64,000 nucleotides of DNA from Chloroflexota bacterium (GTDB lineage Bacteria; Chloroflexota; Anaerolineae; VGOG01). Under the pieces are notes generated by a model that saw nothing but the letters and a program-made list of their open reading frames with translations, was not told the DNA's origin and did no database searches. The position numbers were made by a program, and so were the translations under genes. This document shows, one piece after another, positions 20,142 through 29,584 of the stretch. The first letter of the stretch is position 1; each line of letters opens with the position of its first letter. The stretch lies in NCBI GenBank assembly GCA_016875995.1, contig VGOG01000001.1:7386-71385 (forward strand), written 5' to 3'.

Positions 20142-20270
20142 GGAGGTTGGAAGTTGGAGATTGGAGATTGGAGATTGGAGATTGGAGAATGAGATTGGAG
20201 ATTGGAGATTGGAGATTGGAGAATGAGATTGGATATTAGAGATTGGAGATTGGAGATTGGAGATTGGAAG
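20142..20270. repeat. Long GGAGATT heptamer array with GAGAATG variants
   Basis: About 18 tandem units between the stop at 20137 and the mature part of the next protein. Variant units create ATG codons. Confidence 0.9.
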
Positions 20271-22283
20271 CTGGCCAGCATCTTGGCAGTGGTTCTGTTA
20301 CTGTCTCTGACGGTTATCCACTGCACTCCAACCAGCTCTCCCAATGCGCCTGTCACCCCCTCTCCCCCTCCCCCCATCTCCCCATCCCCCCATCCCACCG
20401 CCACCCCGTCTCCCACCTCCACTCCTACTCCCAGTCCCACTCCCACTTTCACTCCATCTCCGCCTCCCACCCCCACTTCCACCGCCACTTCCACTCCATC
20501 CCCAATATCCAATATCCAATATCCCGCCGTGGTGGCCTTCGTGTCCTCTCACACTGGCGACGACGACATCTACCTGTTGGATCCTCTCACCGGCCAGGTA
20601 GCGAACCTCACCGCCCATTCCTTCGCTAACTCCTTCGCTAACTCTCAGGACAAGGCTCAGGACAGGCCCGCCGAGGACCGCGACCCGGCCTGGTCGCCCG
20701 ACGGCACCCGCCTGGCCTTCGCCTCTAACCGAGAAGGCAACTGGGAGCTGTACCTGTGGTCGGCGACCGATGGCTCCATAACCCGCCTGACCACTGATCC
20801 GGCCTACGACGGCGCACCGGCCTGGTCGCCCGACGGCACCCGCCTGGCCTTCGAAAGCTACCGCGACGGCAACCTGGAGATCTACCTGCTGGACCTGGCT
20901 GCGGACAGCGACCCCGTCCGCCTGACAAACAACCAGGCCGGGGACTACGCCCCGGCCTGGTCACCCGACGGTCGCTACGTTGCTTTCACCTCCTGGCGCG
21001 ATGGGTCCAAAGAGATCTACATGGCCGACCTGGAAGCCTGCACTGACCCTGAGCGCAGAGAAGGGGAATGTGACGGCGCTGAGCGTAACCTGACCAACTA
21101 CCCCGCTGCCGACGACGAGGCCCCCGCCTGGTCGCCCGACGGCACGGCCATCGCCTTCGTCTCCTGGCGCGATGGCAACGCCGAGCTGTACACCATGCGT
21201 CCCGATGGCAGCGAACAACGGCGCATCACTGCCAACCACGTGTACGACGGCGCGCCGGCCTGGTCGCCCGACGGTCAGCACCTCATCTACACCGGCTATC
21301 AGGAAGGAGAGCCCTTCGAGGTTTACGATCCCTATCGCCCCGGCACTTACCGTCTCTTCGCTGTCCCCGTGGACGGCAGCCTCCATAGCCGCAGGATAGA
21401 CCTCCTCGAGGGGATGTTCCCCGCCGACGCCACCTCTCCGGCCGCGGCCTGCTCGTTGCCCTGGGCTGAGCTGACCCGGCACCTGCCTTCCCCGCCGCCC
21501 ACCCCTACCCCCACGTCCACCATTCCTCCCGGCGGGCTTTACCCCCTGGCCTCTCTGGAGGACGTGGAAGTCCCGGACCCGCGCCTGAGCGCCGCCGTCA
21601 TTGATAGCTATCGGGCCTGGCGGGAGGAGGTGTACGAGAAAACCGGCTGGGACTACCTGGCCCTGCTCTCCGATGCCTTTCGCATCCCCGGCTACATCAG
21701 CCGCAAGCACTACGGCTACCTCACCTGGCACAAGACCGGCCGCGCGGTAGACCTGCGCCTGGAGCTGCTCGACGGGATGGGCCGCGACCAACTGCTGGCC
21801 GTCCGCGAGGACATTGGCCAGCGGATTTACTGGCGACTCTTTATCCGCTGCCGGGCCCAGGATGGCAGCCAGGGCCGTCCTCTGACCGAGCGCCCGTGGG
21901 TGTTCTGGTTTCAGTTAAACAAGGATAGGGAGCCCCAGGCTTACGAAGCGGGTGGTCGTCCCACGTCAATCCCAGCGGGCTACTACGAAGACTTCACCGC
22001 CCTCGCCCGGCGGCACGGCTGGCATCGCATCGCCGCCTTCGAGGAAGAGGACTACGACTGGCGGTGGGACAGCATCGGCCTGGAGTATTGGCACTACCAG
22101 AAGACCGATGGTCTAACCTGGTATCAGGCTATGCGGCAGATCTACCCGGAGGAGACCTTGCAGGAGTTCTTCAACTGGCCACTCTGTCTGGAGCGGGGAC
22201 AAACAGAGGACGTGCTGCGGGCCAAGGGGGTGCCCGTGCCCACGCCAACCGCTACGCCAATGGCTACAACGACCATGAATTGA
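20223..22283 (+). CDS. Secreted TolB-like WD40 beta-propeller fused to an M15/VanY-like (LAS) D-Ala-D-Ala carboxypeptidase-type domain
   Basis: Signal LASILAVVLLLSLTVIHC and a Pro/Thr/Ser linker. Repeated PAWSPDGTRLAF/ELY(L/T) TolB blades. C-terminal HKTGRAVDL and EYWHY resemble the M15 H-x6-D and E-x-W-H zinc motifs. The start lies inside the repeat array and is uncertain (ATG 20223 or TTG 20202). Confidence 0.7.
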   Translation: MRLDIRDWRLEIGDWKLASILAVVLLLSLTVIHCTPTSSPNAPVTPSPPPPISPSPHPTATPSPTSTPTPSPTPTFTPSPPPTPTSTATSTPSPISNIQYPAVVAFVSSHTGDDDIYLLDPLTGQVANLTAHSFANSFANSQDKAQDRPAEDRDPAWSPDGTRLAFASNREGNWELYLWSATDGSITRLTTDPAYDGAPAWSPDGTRLAFESYRDGNLEIYLLDLAADSDPVRLTNNQAGDYAPAWSPDGRYVAFTSWRDGSKEIYMADLEACTDPERREGECDGAERNLTNYPAADDEAPAWSPDGTAIAFVSWRDGNAELYTMRPDGSEQRRITANHVYDGAPAWSPDGQHLIYTGYQEGEPFEVYDPYRPGTYRLFAVPVDGSLHSRRIDLLEGMFPADATSPAAACSLPWAELTRHLPSPPPTPTPTSTIPPGGLYPLASLEDVEVPDPRLSAAVIDSYRAWREEVYEKTGWDYLALLSDAFRIPGYISRKHYGYLTWHKTGRAVDLRLELLDGMGRDQLLAVREDIGQRIYWRLFIRCRAQDGSQGRPLTERPWVFWFQLNKDREPQAYEAGGRPTSIPAGYYEDFTALARRHGWHRIAAFEEEDYDWRWDSIGLEYWHYQKTDGLTWYQAMRQIYPEETLQEFFNWPLCLERGQTEDVLRAKGVPVPTPTATPMATTTMN

Positions 22284-22343
22284 GAGTCTTGGATACCGAG
22301 GATGACGCGGTATACGAATATCACGCCAGCGACGATCGCGTCG

Positions 22344-23105
22344 TTAGGGAAGTATCAAATCCGCCGCCTTCCTGCCGACCACCATGATCTCCATCTCATC
22401 AAGGAGAACCTCGCGCCGATCCCAGTTCCCCGCCGTGCCGCCCCAGATGTGTTCCACTTCGAACCCTGCCTGGCGAAGGAGCACGGCCAGCTCGGCGGGC
22501 ACATAACTGCGCTCTCTCACCTGCCGACTCTTCTTGCCCTGTGGTGTATCCCACTCGACGGTGTAGGCTTCAACCATCGTGAGCGGATCAAACCGGCCAC
22601 TTTCCACATCCTCCTGGGTTGCCTGGCGAATCAGCCTGCATCCGTTGAGGGTGGTCAAAATGAACCGAGCCCCTGGCTTGAGGGCAGCATGTATGTGGCG
22701 AAGGATGGCCAGATCGTGCTCGATGGGATCATCCTCGCCACCCAACAACGAGAAAGCACCCTCACACAGACAGATGGCGGCATCGAACAGCTTGTCTGAC
22801 GTGAACTGCGTCGCGTCAGCGCGAATCCACTCAACCTCAACGTCAGCCTCCCTGGCCGCCTTCTCTGCCTCCGCCAGCATCCCGGCCGAGATGTCCACCC
22901 CCGTGACCTGATACCCACGCCTGGCCAGTTCAACCGCGTGACGCCCAGTCCCACAGCCCACGTCCAGAATACGACTCCCCGGCGGAAGTCCTAGCTCCTC
23001 GAGAACAAAATCCACTTCTTCCAGAGTATTCTTCGTGAAAGAGTTATCCATGTAGACCGGCGCGTGGCCGTCGAAGAACTCTTCCCATTCGTTGCTTCTT
23101 GTCAC
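22344..23105 (-). CDS. Class I SAM-dependent methyltransferase
   Basis: ILDVGCGTGRHAVELARRG motif I. GTG start overlapping the upstream stop (GTGA). Confidence 0.8.
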   Translation of the reverse strand: MTRSNEWEEFFDGHAPVYMDNSFTKNTLEEVDFVLEELGLPPGSRILDVGCGTGRHAVELARRGYQVTGVDISAGMLAEAEKAAREADVEVEWIRADATQFTSDKLFDAAICLCEGAFSLLGGEDDPIEHDLAILRHIHAALKPGARFILTTLNGCRLIRQATQEDVESGRFDPLTMVEAYTVEWDTPQGKKSRQVRERSYVPAELAVLLRQAGFEVEHIWGGTAGNWDRREVLLDEMEIMVVGRKAADLILP

Positions 23106-23986
23106 CGTTCATCCCCCTTCACCGCCCGCACATACAAGAACATCGCCGCGTGATCCCGCCACCTCTGGAGCCAAAGATGCTTCTCGCACATCTCCTGGGA
23201 TGGACGCGGTTCTTCTATCCTTTTCAAGACGAATCCTGCCTGAATCAAAGCGTTAAGGTAGTCGGAAAGCGTCCGGGGGAAATTGGGAACAGCAAATGGC
23301 TCAGTATCCTCTGGAATTGGACCCTTTGAGAACCTCCAATGCTCCACCCAGGGTTGGCGATCAAAATAGTCGGATACCGTAATCCTCACAGCGTTTTCGT
23401 CTTCATCCGGAATCCAGCCGTACCCTTTGGTCATAAAACAGGGGTGGGTGATGCTGAACATCAACTCGCCGCCTGGCCGAAGCACTCGAAAAATCTCCTT
23501 GACGACACCTTCAAAATCTGGACCATCCATCAGCGCCATGAAGGAAACCACAGCATCGAAGGATGCGTCGTCGAAGAGAGAAAGGTCGGAAAAGGATGTC
23601 ACCTCGTACCGAATCCCCAGAGGTTCCCTTTGCTCCTCCTGACGGGCCAGCTCGATCATCCTCTCGGAAATGTCCACGCCCGTCATTTGCGCCCCGCTTC
23701 TGGCCAGCATCCGCGTGTTGTAACCCTCTCCACAGCCCGCGTCCAAAACCGTCTTCCCGCCGAGGTTGCCGATGAACTCAAAAAAGGCGGGATTGTTGAA
23801 GTGCTCGCGGTAAGCATCCCACCCTTTGCGGACATGGTCGGCCCATAGCTTGGCGTTATCGTTCCAGTATCGGGCAACTTCTTGCTCGGGTATTTCCAAC
23901 GAGGTTCCCCCGTTCCTTATCCTGGATTTCAGGATATAGCCTTCAATTCCAAGCCCACCACTTTCCCCGGCAGTGCATCTATCCAT
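23102..23986 (-). CDS. Class I SAM-dependent methyltransferase
   Basis: VLDAGCGEGYNTRMLARSG motif I and VDISERMIELAR. The exact start is uncertain. Confidence 0.75.
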   Translation of the reverse strand: MDRCTAGESGGLGIEGYILKSRIRNGGTSLEIPEQEVARYWNDNAKLWADHVRKGWDAYREHFNNPAFFEFIGNLGGKTVLDAGCGEGYNTRMLARSGAQMTGVDISERMIELARQEEQREPLGIRYEVTSFSDLSLFDDASFDAVVSFMALMDGPDFEGVVKEIFRVLRPGGELMFSITHPCFMTKGYGWIPDEDENAVRITVSDYFDRQPWVEHWRFSKGPIPEDTEPFAVPNFPRTLSDYLNALIQAGFVLKRIEEPRPSQEMCEKHLWLQRWRDHAAMFLYVRAVKGDER

Positions 23987-24200
23987 TCCATGAAGCCCGC
24001 TCCTGGTCTATGTATTGCTGAGCGTCAATGCTCAACCAGATTTCTTTACCCAACCCCTGCAATTCCAGGATGCTTCGCCGGCGCTGAGGCGTGATCTGGC
24101 GACGAACGAACACCGTCAACTCCTCCAGCAAACGTAGCTGGTCAGCAGGGGTGAGGCGCTGAGCTTGACTCAGTATTTCATAATACATACTCGTTGACAT
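23979..24200 (-). CDS. Small antitoxin-like protein (73 aa)
   Basis: ATG at 24200 after GGGAGGAAG. MSTSMYYEILSQAQRLTPADQLRLLEEL resembles addiction-module antitoxin N-termini. No partner toxin was recognised. Confidence 0.4.
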   Translation of the reverse strand: MSTSMYYEILSQAQRLTPADQLRLLEELTVFVRRQITPQRRRSILELQGLGKEIWLSIDAQQYIDQERASWNG

Positions 24201-24290
24201 GTGCTTCCTCCCTTCAAGCAGCGAATTTAGCTTGACGTTTCCGGCAGGGTCACTCATAAACTCCAGAAAAGGCAGGGTCGAGGTAGATGC

Positions 24291-25886
24291 TCACTTAAGC
24301 GTCTGCATCAAAGCTTCCCAGCCACTATCAATCTCCCGTTGGGCCTGCCGGATAACGGCCAGCAACTCTTGGGGTGTGCGCTTGTCCGACGTATCCGGCG
24401 CGTTGGGGTTGATGGCCTTCAGGTCATACTTCCTCTTGCGAATCGCCTCAATCTCCACGTACCAACTGCGTTCGCTCTCTCGTTCCGGGTTATCGGGGGC
24501 GAGCGCCAGTCGTTGGAAGAAGTCGTCGAAGTGCTCGAAGGTCAGTGGCTGTTTCTTGGTGACTTTGACATCGGACAAGTCGTAGTACCATACTCGCTTC
24601 GTAGGCTGACCCTTCGTGAAGAAAAGCAGGTTGGTCTTGGACGCTGCACCCGCGCTAACGAATACACCTGCCGGCAGGCTGATCACACACCACAGATTAC
24701 ATTCGTCCAGCAATTTGCGCTTGGTCTGCCGATAAGCCGTCGTCTTGGTGTGGAACAATACTCCCTCGTCAATCACCATTCCACAGGTGCCCCCATCGGC
24801 CAGCGAATCAATGATGTGCTGCAAGAAAAGCACCTGAGCCTTGCCTGTTTTGTAGGCAAACTGGGCCTGGGCGTCCTTGCCTTCCTTGCTGCCAAACGGC
24901 GGATTGGTCAAGATGTAGCCGAACTGGAGCGGCGCGCCCTCGAAAAGAGACCCTTCCGTCGCCACGCCCGTCAGGGTGTTGCCGTGCCAGATACGCGGCA
25001 AGTCAATGTCGTGCAACACCATGTTGGCCAGGCAGGTAGGGATGGCCTCGTTGGCGTCCTCCCGACCCCATAGGGTCTCGGTCTTGAGTTCCTCGATTTG
25101 AGTAGGAGTGGGTCCTTGCGCTATCAGGTGCTTATAGGCTTCGATGAGAAAGCCGCCGGTGCCACAGCAAGGATCGTACGCCGTCTTGCCTAGTTGAGGG
25201 TCCACAGCCCTTACGATGACTCGGATGACCTCACGCGGGGTGAAGAATTGGCCGCCGTCGCTTTTCTTCTCGCCCAAGCGGGGCAGTAGTCCCTCGAAAG
25301 CCTGGGACAGAAGGAAGATGTGCTGATCGCTGATCTCGGCGCGAGTCAGAGCATCCACCCGGTCCAGCGCGTCCAGCAGGTTGGTCTCGCTCTCCAGAAT
25401 GGTTTGCTCTTTGTTGGCGAAAATCATGCCAATGACCCGCTGTCGGTCAGTTGCTCCGGGCCGATGGCTCAGTCCGCGAAGATACGGGAACAATCCGACC
25501 GGACCCTCGGGGGTTTGCTTGCCGTTGACAAACTCCAGGAAGGAGCCGATGGGACCTTCGGTCAGTTCGCGCCGCTTCCAGCCGGGCTGGAAGCCATTCT
25601 GTTGAAACAAGGGCAGCGGATCGTCCGGTGGCGCAGCCCAGTCACGCCAGCGATAGGGAGACTCAATGGATGGAGTGAAAGATGTGCCCAACGCGCGGGC
25701 ACGTGCCTCCTCCTCGGCTTCTTTTTGGTCTATGGCATTGAGGAAGAGCATCCAGGTCAGTTCGGACACGTAGAGCCGAGCGCCTTTGGCCTTGTCGCGG
25801 CGCAGGATGTCACAGATACTCCATACGGCGCGGTCCAGCTCAGCCTGGCTTCGTATACTCTTGCCATTTTTCTGTGGTCGGACCAT
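24291..25886 (-). CDS. hsdM: Type I restriction-modification system, methyltransferase subunit
   Basis: 531 aa. N-terminal HsdM_N pattern (LDRAVWSICDILR), AdoMet motif YDPCCGTGGFL, catalytic NPPFG. Confidence 0.9.
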   Translation of the reverse strand: MVRPQKNGKSIRSQAELDRAVWSICDILRRDKAKGARLYVSELTWMLFLNAIDQKEAEEEARARALGTSFTPSIESPYRWRDWAAPPDDPLPLFQQNGFQPGWKRRELTEGPIGSFLEFVNGKQTPEGPVGLFPYLRGLSHRPGATDRQRVIGMIFANKEQTILESETNLLDALDRVDALTRAEISDQHIFLLSQAFEGLLPRLGEKKSDGGQFFTPREVIRVIVRAVDPQLGKTAYDPCCGTGGFLIEAYKHLIAQGPTPTQIEELKTETLWGREDANEAIPTCLANMVLHDIDLPRIWHGNTLTGVATEGSLFEGAPLQFGYILTNPPFGSKEGKDAQAQFAYKTGKAQVLFLQHIIDSLADGGTCGMVIDEGVLFHTKTTAYRQTKRKLLDECNLWCVISLPAGVFVSAGAASKTNLLFFTKGQPTKRVWYYDLSDVKVTKKQPLTFEHFDDFFQRLALAPDNPERESERSWYVEIEAIRKRKYDLKAINPNAPDTSDKRTPQELLAVIRQAQREIDSGWEALMQTLK

Positions 25887-25888
25887 TG

Positions 25889-26527
25889 CTAACCTTCTTC
25901 TGGCGAATCAAAAATGCCAAAGACTTGCCGCATCAATGCTCTTTCTAATGCCGTTGCTGCCTCAAGTTGACGCTCTGCAGCTACTTGCATCTTCCTAACT
26001 TCTTTGAGTTGCTGCGCAAACTTTGCCTGCTGGTCCTTTGGTGGAACTGGCAGCCAGATCTCCAAAAGATGATATGATCTGATAGCAGCATAGTTCGTAG
26101 AACCTTGAACATACTGTTGGATTTCCTCAGTCAGAACACCTGAGGCTATAAAGCATTCCAGGAATTCAGGCAAAACCTTGTCGGTATCTATGTCATAGAG
26201 AAAATAATGCCCACTGACAATCGAGCCTTCTAGCTCTCGTGGAACTATTCCAAAGGCTCCCAGTTTAGCGTCGATTTCTGCGACCAGTAACTGGTTGTTT
26301 CTGATCAATTGTTGTTGCTTGGTTCTGATTTGCGACCCTCGAAGTTTCTCTCTCGGAACTATGCCCTTTCCGTGTAACTTCACCGTTACGAGCTGATATT
26401 CAGTGTTATCGTCAATGGTAACGAATTCCTGCCTATAAACAAGTACATCGCCCAATCTCATCCATTGCCAACTATTTGGCAAAGACTGAGGCCGTCCCTT
26501 TATGTCTTTCTTCGCTTCGCTTATCAC
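25889..26527 (-). CDS. hsdS: Type I R-M specificity subunit, half-size (single TRD)
   Basis: 212 aa. One target-recognition domain (LPNSWQWMRLGDV..) plus one C-terminal conserved helix (QQAKFAQQLKEVRKMQVAAERQLEAATALERALMRQVF). Overlaps hsdR by 4 nt and is 2 nt from hsdM. Visibly more AT-rich than its neighbours. Confidence 0.8.
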   Translation of the reverse strand: MISEAKKDIKGRPQSLPNSWQWMRLGDVLVYRQEFVTIDDNTEYQLVTVKLHGKGIVPREKLRGSQIRTKQQQLIRNNQLLVAEIDAKLGAFGIVPRELEGSIVSGHYFLYDIDTDKVLPEFLECFIASGVLTEEIQQYVQGSTNYAAIRSYHLLEIWLPVPPKDQQAKFAQQLKEVRKMQVAAERQLEAATALERALMRQVFGIFDSPEEG

Positions 26528-28932
26528 GGCGCCAGCAACCTCGCTTTGGTCTCCTGAATCAGTTTGTCCGGCGGCAGGGGCAGGCCCAACAGGGCATTGA
26601 ACCCGCCGGCTCGCACTACTTCTTCGACATCGAACAAATGAGGCGTCTCCAGTTCTTCGATGCCACCTCGCTCGAATTGGTAGGCCACTGTCTTGAGCAC
26701 AGATGCGGCCTGGCCGGGCAGGTCTCTTAGCCAGCGGCGTTGCTTGTAGGAGAATGCCGCCGCTCTCTCGGCGCGGGAACGGGCCGCCACGCCATAGCCC
26801 AACTCGGCCAGCACGTCGTACAGGTCACATTCGTCCTGTTCACGCAAGGCGCGAATCAGGCGCACGGCAGCTCCATCGCCGGGTAGTCTTTCCAGCAATT
26901 CGCGGCGCTTGTCTGGCCAAATCCAACACCCACGCAACTCGTCCAGAGTGGGTACCTCCTCGGTCAGGCGAGCAGCCAGCCGTTGCTCGTACTCCTCGAC
27001 AGGTATCAGGGCTTCCTGGCCTCCCTCCTCGACCACAATCATCCGGCCATCTCCGTAGACATGTACGTCAAAACCCTCGACTCGAATCAGACCTGGCAGA
27101 GGGCGCGTGGTGAACGGTATTCCCAACTCGGTGATCCGAGGCAGCCCTTCGACTACGGACGGCTCCTCGGCTTCTCCTTCACGAGTTGGACGGGCACGGG
27201 AGACGAACGGCTGGCCAAACAAGCGAGTGACGTTGGTGTAATCGTAGATGCGGAACATGAGCTTGCTGCCACGAGGTTCTCCGGTCCTGGTTCCTCGTCC
27301 TACTCGCTGGTAGAACTCGATGGGTGATTGCAAGTACTGGAAGAAAACCACGTTCTCCAGGTTGGGGATGTCAACACCGGTGGAAAGCAGATCCACTGTC
27401 GTGGCAACGAAGTGGGATGCATTAGAACCACGGAAGTCGGGAATCAGATCAGCGGCTGGTGGGCGCAGATTGGGGTTGCCTGTGCATTGGAAAGCGTAGA
27501 ACTCCACTGGCCACTGACCATGTTCCCGGCACCAGGCCTGGTACAGGTTGTTCAGTTCTTGAGCGACCATGGTGGCGTGGGTGTCACGCACACAGAAGAT
27601 GGCGGTCTTCTGATGGGGTCCACCAGTGTCGAGCAGGTGTTGGAACAGGTCGGCACACATCGCCCGCACCCGGTCAGGGAGCATTAGCTTCTCTTCGTAC
27701 TGTTGGGCTGTGTACCGTTCTTCCAATACCTGCGGCTCTACTTCCTGGCCAGTGAAAGGATCAGTCGCTGTGCGTTGCTCGATGTCCTCACGGGTGATCT
27801 CTTGCTGATCCAGATCTACCACCCGGCGCACCACTTCACTGGCCGCCAAATAGCCATCCTCTTGCCCCATCCACATCGGGTATTCATAGACTGGCTCGCC
27901 AAAATACTCAATGTTGTGAGCTGTGATCGCCTCATCGGCCTGACGTGCTGGATTGTCCTGTCGCCCGCCGGTGATAATGCGCGGTGTGGCCGTCAGCCCG
28001 ATGTGCACCGCGTCTGGGTTGTCCGTCAAGATAATGCTCCACTTACCCCAGGCCGAGCGATGACACTCGTCAATAATGATGTGGCTGAAATAGCCCGGCG
28101 AGTAGTTTTCGCGCCAGAACCGGGGTTCGTCGTCTTGATCAGAGATATTCAGCGTCTGGTAGGAGGCGATCAGGATACGAGCGTTCTTTCTCGGATCACT
28201 GGTCGTCACAATTTGGGCGTTATCGCCAAAAATGGCGTGCATCTTGGTCCAGCCCTGGGTACGCAATTCGTCCCTGTCGCACACGAATAACGTCCGCCGG
28301 AGTTGGCCGGCCTGAGCAAGTTTGTGAAGCAATTGGGCAGCAATGATCGTCTTTCCGGTGCCTGTGGCCAGAGGGAGTAACACGCGACTGCCACCCTGGG
28401 CAATCTTCTCCAAAGAGGCGCGGATGGCTGCATCCTGGAAGTACCAACGGGCGGCTTCGCCTCCCTTGTATGGCATCAACAACGCTTTGGCCCGATCATC
28501 CGACAGCGAATAGCCCTTGAGCGCCTCGTAGCGAGTGCGAAGATCGTCGGGTGTTGGAAACCGTGCCAGTGGCAGGTTATCCACCGTCTGGCCGGTATCC
28601 TCCGCCCATTCAGCAAACAGATGACCATTAGTGGAGAACACAAACGGTACGTGGAATCGTCGCCGATAATCCTGGGCCTGCTGGATGCCAAGCGTAGGGA
28701 ACTCCGCTTCCTTCTTAGCTTCGATCAGCGCAATGGCTAGAGGTGTTTGACCAGGATTAACTGGCAAGCAAAGCAGATAATCTGTCCGCCCTCTCCGTTT
28801 GCGGGGCTGGCCACCAATGATGTCTGCGCCACCAACGGTGCGTTCGCGGCGGATCAGATCCTCGGTCCAACCACGGTCACGCAGCTTGGGGTTGATCAAT
28901 TCAAGACGGGTTTGGTCCTCGTTGCGACTCAT
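26524..28932 (-). CDS. hsdR: Type I R-M restriction subunit (nuclease + SF2 helicase + EcoEI-R C-terminal-like domain)
   Basis: 802 aa. N-terminal PD-(D/E)xK region (TDYLLCL..IALIEAKK), Walker A LATGTGKT, DECH box IIDECHRS, motif VI QRVGRGTR. Confidence 0.9.
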   Translation of the reverse strand: MSRNEDQTRLELINPKLRDRGWTEDLIRRERTVGGADIIGGQPRKRRGRTDYLLCLPVNPGQTPLAIALIEAKKEAEFPTLGIQQAQDYRRRFHVPFVFSTNGHLFAEWAEDTGQTVDNLPLARFPTPDDLRTRYEALKGYSLSDDRAKALLMPYKGGEAARWYFQDAAIRASLEKIAQGGSRVLLPLATGTGKTIIAAQLLHKLAQAGQLRRTLFVCDRDELRTQGWTKMHAIFGDNAQIVTTSDPRKNARILIASYQTLNISDQDDEPRFWRENYSPGYFSHIIIDECHRSAWGKWSIILTDNPDAVHIGLTATPRIITGGRQDNPARQADEAITAHNIEYFGEPVYEYPMWMGQEDGYLAASEVVRRVVDLDQQEITREDIEQRTATDPFTGQEVEPQVLEERYTAQQYEEKLMLPDRVRAMCADLFQHLLDTGGPHQKTAIFCVRDTHATMVAQELNNLYQAWCREHGQWPVEFYAFQCTGNPNLRPPAADLIPDFRGSNASHFVATTVDLLSTGVDIPNLENVVFFQYLQSPIEFYQRVGRGTRTGEPRGSKLMFRIYDYTNVTRLFGQPFVSRARPTREGEAEEPSVVEGLPRITELGIPFTTRPLPGLIRVEGFDVHVYGDGRMIVVEEGGQEALIPVEEYEQRLAARLTEEVPTLDELRGCWIWPDKRRELLERLPGDGAAVRLIRALREQDECDLYDVLAELGYGVAARSRAERAAAFSYKQRRWLRDLPGQAASVLKTVAYQFERGGIEELETPHLFDVEEVVRAGGFNALLGLPLPPDKLIQETKARLLAP

Positions 28933-29031
28933 AGAGTAGTGTTCCTATACGGATGCCCCAATACGTTCCCTCTTCCTTGCCGATGTCGCGAGCCCACTCC
29001 AGAGTGTGCAAGGGCGTGGGCAGGGCTATTG

Positions 29032-29361
29032 TCAGCCTATAGCCAGCGCAACCCGTAGGCAGCCCTGCACCTTTTGCCAATCCCGGTCTGACAGACAGCC
29101 TATCGTCGTGAGGCTGGTGGTCGGCATGGTGGCCAGGAAAGTGCGGAACGCAGACGGAGTGCGCAGGCCAGCGGTCTGCCAGTCTTGCAGCACGCAATCT
29201 GTGGGCCCGGTTGCGGCCGCGACTTGGCTAGTCAACAAGCCCAGAATGGCATCGGGGCGTGTCCTGTGGTAAGCCTCAGTGGACACCACCACAGCGGGAC
29301 GGCGTTTGATGCCTGTCACGCCGGGGAAATCTACCATCACCACGTCGCCTGGATTAACCAT
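29032..29361 (-). CDS. PemK/MazF-family toxin
   Basis: PGDVVMVDFPGVTGIKRRPAVVVS is the hallmark MazF N-terminus. Confidence 0.8.
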   Translation of the reverse strand: MVNPGDVVMVDFPGVTGIKRRPAVVVSTEAYHRTRPDAILGLLTSQVAAATGPTDCVLQDWQTAGLRTPSAFRTFLATMPTTSLTTIGCLSDRDWQKVQGCLRVALAIG

Positions 29362-29584
29362 ATTCCTCCTCCCCGGCCCAGATGATGCGTTCGGCGTGGG
29401 CCAACGAGGCTCGCATCAGGTCATGCAAGTCTTCCTCGCTCCAGGCATCGCTCACGTCCACGGCTGTGCGTTGGGCATAGCGCTCCCGCAAAAAAGTGAC
29501 AAAATCATACACTTCGGCCACCTTTTCGGTAGGCAAAGTGGATAACGCCTCCAAGATATCCCTAGCTTGTGTGCGCGTCACCAT
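29354..29584 (-). CDS. Antitoxin (DUF2281-like) partner of the MazF-like toxin
   Basis: 76 aa. Overlaps the toxin start by 8 nt. ILEALSTLPTEKVAEVYDFVTFLRERY pattern. Confidence 0.65.
   Translation of the reverse strand: MVTRTQARDILEALSTLPTEKVAEVYDFVTFLRERYAQRTAVDVSDAWSEEDLHDLMRASLAHAERIIWAGEEEYG

Noticed and set aside
12249-20270. Tandem-repeat arrays (12249-12361, 14276-14443, 20142-20270) as possible CRISPR arrays
   Set aside because: The units are 7 nt and directly abutting with no spacers. There are no cas genes in the window, and several arrays are translated in-frame inside long ORFs.
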